The notes under the pieces are model-generated. The model had not been told where the DNA came from and did no database searches. It worked only from the letters and a program-made list of their open reading frames with translations. Position numbers and translations under genes: made by a program. DNA of 64,000 bases from Candidatus Altimarinota bacterium (lineage in GTDB: Bacteria > Patescibacteriota > Gracilibacteria > JBDHUY01). Location: positions 2,132 to 66,131 of the forward strand of contig JBDHUY010000011.1 of NCBI GenBank assembly GCA_039809385.1, given 5' to 3'. Shown here one piece after another: positions 61,557 through 64,000 of the stretch (position 1 is its first letter; every line of letters begins with the position of its first letter).

Positions 61557-64000
61557 TTACAGAGAAGAAGGAGGTTTTGAATCATCCTTACGAATCCCCT
61601 GCTTCATCTCATGCAGCACATTCAGCGCCTCAAGCGGCGTCAGCTGATTGAGATCCAAGGAAGAAAGCTTCTTCTCAACCTCTGAATCCTGTTTCACGAT
61701 TTTGACAGTTTCGGTCACCTGCGGCTGTAAAAAAGAGAGTTGTGCGGAAGCCGCATTTTCCTGTTTTTTACGCGATTCCAAGCTTTCCAAAACAGTTGTA
61801 GCCCGCTGAATCACCGCCGCCGGCAATCCCGAAATCTTGGCCACTTCAATCCCATAACTTTTATCTACCCCGCCCGGCACCACTTTGCGCAAAAAGGTAA
61901 CCCCGTCAGCATGTTCGCTCACCGCCATCGAGAGGTTAAAAGCAGCGGGAAGCGATTCGGCCAACGCAACCAGCTCATGGTAGTGTGTGGCAAACAACAC
62001 CTTGGCCCCTGAGACATTATGGAGGTACTCGAAGATACCCCACGCCAGACTCAGACCGTCATACGTCGAAGTACCGCGCCCGATCTCGTCCAAAATCACA
62101 AAGCTTTTCGGCGTGGCGTTATTCAAGATATTGGCAGTTTCTTGCATTTCCACTAAAAAAGTCGACTGTCCGCGGGTCAGGATATCCGAAGCGCCGATAC
62201 GGGTAAAGATACGGTCGGTAATGCAAATACGGGCTTCTTTTGCCGGAACGAAAGAACCGATCTGTGCCATCAATACGATCAGCGCGTTCTGCCGCAAATA
62301 CGTAGATTTACCGGCCATATTCGGCCCCGTAATCAACCCTATCCTATATTGCTCTGAAAGATTAAGATCGTTATGAATAAACGGAACGTCCAAAAAACGC
62401 TCCACCACCGGATGACGCCCTTCCTGAATATGGCAGTATCCGTCTTCACACAGCTCGGGTTTGGCATAATGATGTTCGATAGCCACTTGGGCAAACGACT
62501 GTAGCACGTCCAGCCGGGCAGTCGTATCGGCAAACGCTTTGAGCGCAGCGACCCCGGCCAGAATCTGTTCCTGCAGTTCGAGTAATATTTTCTGTTCCAG
62601 CGCGATCAGACGCTCTTCGGCGTGCAATACCTTATGCTCATATTCTTTGAGTTCCTGAGTAATAAACCGCTCGGCATTCACTAAGGTCTGTTTACGCACA
62701 TAGTCTCCGGGAATTTTGGAGAGCTGCCCTTTGGAAACTTCTATGTAATAGCCGAAGACCTGGTTAAACGCGACTTTGAGGGTCGAAATACCGGTACGAG
62801 CCTGCTCTTGCTGCTGGTACTGGGCCATCCAGGTTTTGCCGTCCCGGGTAATCGAGCGCAGTTCGTCTACCTCAGCATGATAGCCGGCCCGGATAGCGTG
62901 TCCGGGATCGGTCATACCGGTAACTTCGGGATCGATCGATCGTCGGACCAGATCGATTATACGATCCAAAATTTCAGACTGCAAAGCTGTGGCAGCCTCA
63001 TCGATCAACGGTGCCTGCACAGAACGCAAGATTTGTTGGATCTCTTTTCCCTGTTCGAGCGTCTGGGCAATGGCCAGCAAGTCCCGCGGCAAACCTTTTT
63101 TCATGACCAGTTTGGCTACCAGACGTTCCAGGTCGAACATATTTTTGAGTTTTTGACGCAACGTATCGCGGGTTTCGTTATCCCGAACCAGCGCTTCAAC
63201 GGCGGTATGCCGCTCTGCGATCTCTGAAAGCACGAGCAGGGGGTGCAGCAGCCAGTCGTAGAGAAGCCGGGCACCGCTGCCGGTACAGGTTCGATCCAGC
63301 ACAAAAAGCAGCGAGCCTTCTTTTTTACCGTCGTAGCTGTTACGCACCAGTTCCAGATGCCGGATCACGGTTTCGTCCAGATACATGGCCTGCTCGAATC
63401 GGGAAGGCTGAAGTTTGAGAATATGCGACATGTCGGTACGCTGGTGGTCTTTGGCATAAGTCAGCAGGTAACCGGCCGAACGCACGGCGACTTTGAGATG
63501 ATCGACACCAAAGCCGGCGAGCGAATGGGTTTGAAAATGGCGAATAAGGATTTCATATGGATCTTCGACGTTGGCATACTGAGTGGTTTGGTCAGGAAAT
63601 CTGGATCGTACTTGCTCCAGGACATCGAGAGCAAAGAATTGGTTTTTGACAAAGATGATTTCGGAAGGCGTTAATTTATACAGCTCGTCAAAGAGCCGTG
63701 AAACGTTGTCGAGCTCGTAGACGAAAAAATCGCCGGTCGAAACGTCCAGTCCGGATACGCCGATGATATTATTTTTTTCGGTGAGACAGACCAGGTAGTT
63801 GTGCTGGGCACTGTCAAGCAGTTCTTCTTCGACGACAGTGCCGGGAGTGATGACTCGCACCACGTCGCGTTGGACGATGCCGGGTAACTTCGGATCGGAG
63901 AGCTGTTCGCAGAGCGCAATTTTATAGCCTTTTTTAGTAAGTTGAGCAATATATTTATTCACAGAATGATGTGGCACACCGGCCATCGGAATGCGATTCT
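61557..64000 (-). CDS. mutS: DNA mismatch repair protein MutS (N-terminus beyond right edge, partial)
   Basis: 'IPMAGVPHHSVNKYIAQL', Walker A 'ITGPNMAGKSTYLRQ', 'DEIGRGTSTYDGLSLA'. The frame stays open upstream of the ORF-track Met to position 64000 (..NRIP-MAGVPHH). Confidence 0.95.
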   Translation of the reverse strand, partial: NRIPMAGVPHHSVNKYIAQLTKKGYKIALCEQLSDPKLPGIVQRDVVRVITPGTVVEEELLDSAQHNYLVCLTEKNNIIGVSGLDVSTGDFFVYELDNVSRLFDELYKLTPSEIIFVKNQFFALDVLEQVRSRFPDQTTQYANVEDPYEILIRHFQTHSLAGFGVDHLKVAVRSAGYLLTYAKDHQRTDMSHILKLQPSRFEQAMYLDETVIRHLELVRNSYDGKKEGSLLFVLDRTCTGSGARLLYDWLLHPLLVLSEIAERHTAVEALVRDNETRDTLRQKLKNMFDLERLVAKLVMKKGLPRDLLAIAQTLEQGKEIQQILRSVQAPLIDEAATALQSEILDRIIDLVRRSIDPEVTGMTDPGHAIRAGYHAEVDELRSITRDGKTWMAQYQQQEQARTGISTLKVAFNQVFGYYIEVSKGQLSKIPGDYVRKQTLVNAERFITQELKEYEHKVLHAEERLIALEQKILLELQEQILAGVAALKAFADTTARLDVLQSFAQVAIEHHYAKPELCEDGYCHIQEGRHPVVERFLDVPFIHNDLNLSEQYRIGLITGPNMAGKSTYLRQNALIVLMAQIGSFVPAKEARICITDRIFTRIGASDILTRGQSTFLVEMQETANILNNATPKSFVILDEIGRGTSTYDGLSLAWGIFEYLHNVSGAKVLFATHYHELVALAESLPAAFNLSMAVSEHADGVTFLRKVVPGGVDKSYGIEVAKISGLPAAVIQRATTVLESLESRKKQENAASAQLSFLQPQVTETVKIVKQDSEVEKKLSSLDLNQLTPLEALNVLHEMKQGIRKDDSKPPSSL

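Overview
Gene-dense 64-kb bacterial chromosomal segment with about 60 CDS and 4 tRNAs (all with encoded CCA). There are no rRNA genes and no CRISPR array. The housekeeping backbone comprises greA-rpoD-dnaG, argS, eno, rpsO-pnp, glyA, nth, efp, queA, rsmG, MTHFS, yceD and mutS (partial). Accessory content is interleaved with it. The main accessory block is a 14-kb co-directional minus-strand cluster (36426..50392). It encodes three proteins built from 1+3+3 VirB2/TrbC-like pilin hairpin modules, a 2288-aa giant protein, a 765-aa PKD-repeat membrane protein and three unknown soluble proteins. The giant protein combines an N-terminal pilin-like module, a PKD array, a second membrane anchor and a long disordered tail carrying repeated SPFD[IT]DIF motifs. 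A membrane-anchored TraG/VirD4/HerA-type ATPase with a PEGA protein lies about 30 kb away (3541..7480). Another large PKD-like surface protein (1..2523, minus) is missing from the ORF track because it runs off the window edge. Other accessory items are two type II TA loci (one degraded), a frameshifted GIY-YIG gene in a tRNA cluster, and a tRNA-Phe flanked by half-tRNA copies next to a Bro-N gene. The most unusual sequence-level signal is in the intergenic DNA. Many spacers are runs of degenerate 7-nt tandem 'words' kept in one register for up to about 190 nt, including a perfect (GACTTTG)18. The same word families (GTATnnn, TTTGAGA, AGCGGTN, ACTCCTN/CTTACAG) recur at more than 10 intergenic sites in both orientations. 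Shine-Dalgarno sequences are almost absent. The gene content (pilin-like modules, giant PKD proteins, DNPH1-like, NUDIX and glycosyltransferase genes) suggests a small-genome uncultivated lineage such as Patescibacteria/CPR. That assignment is inference only.
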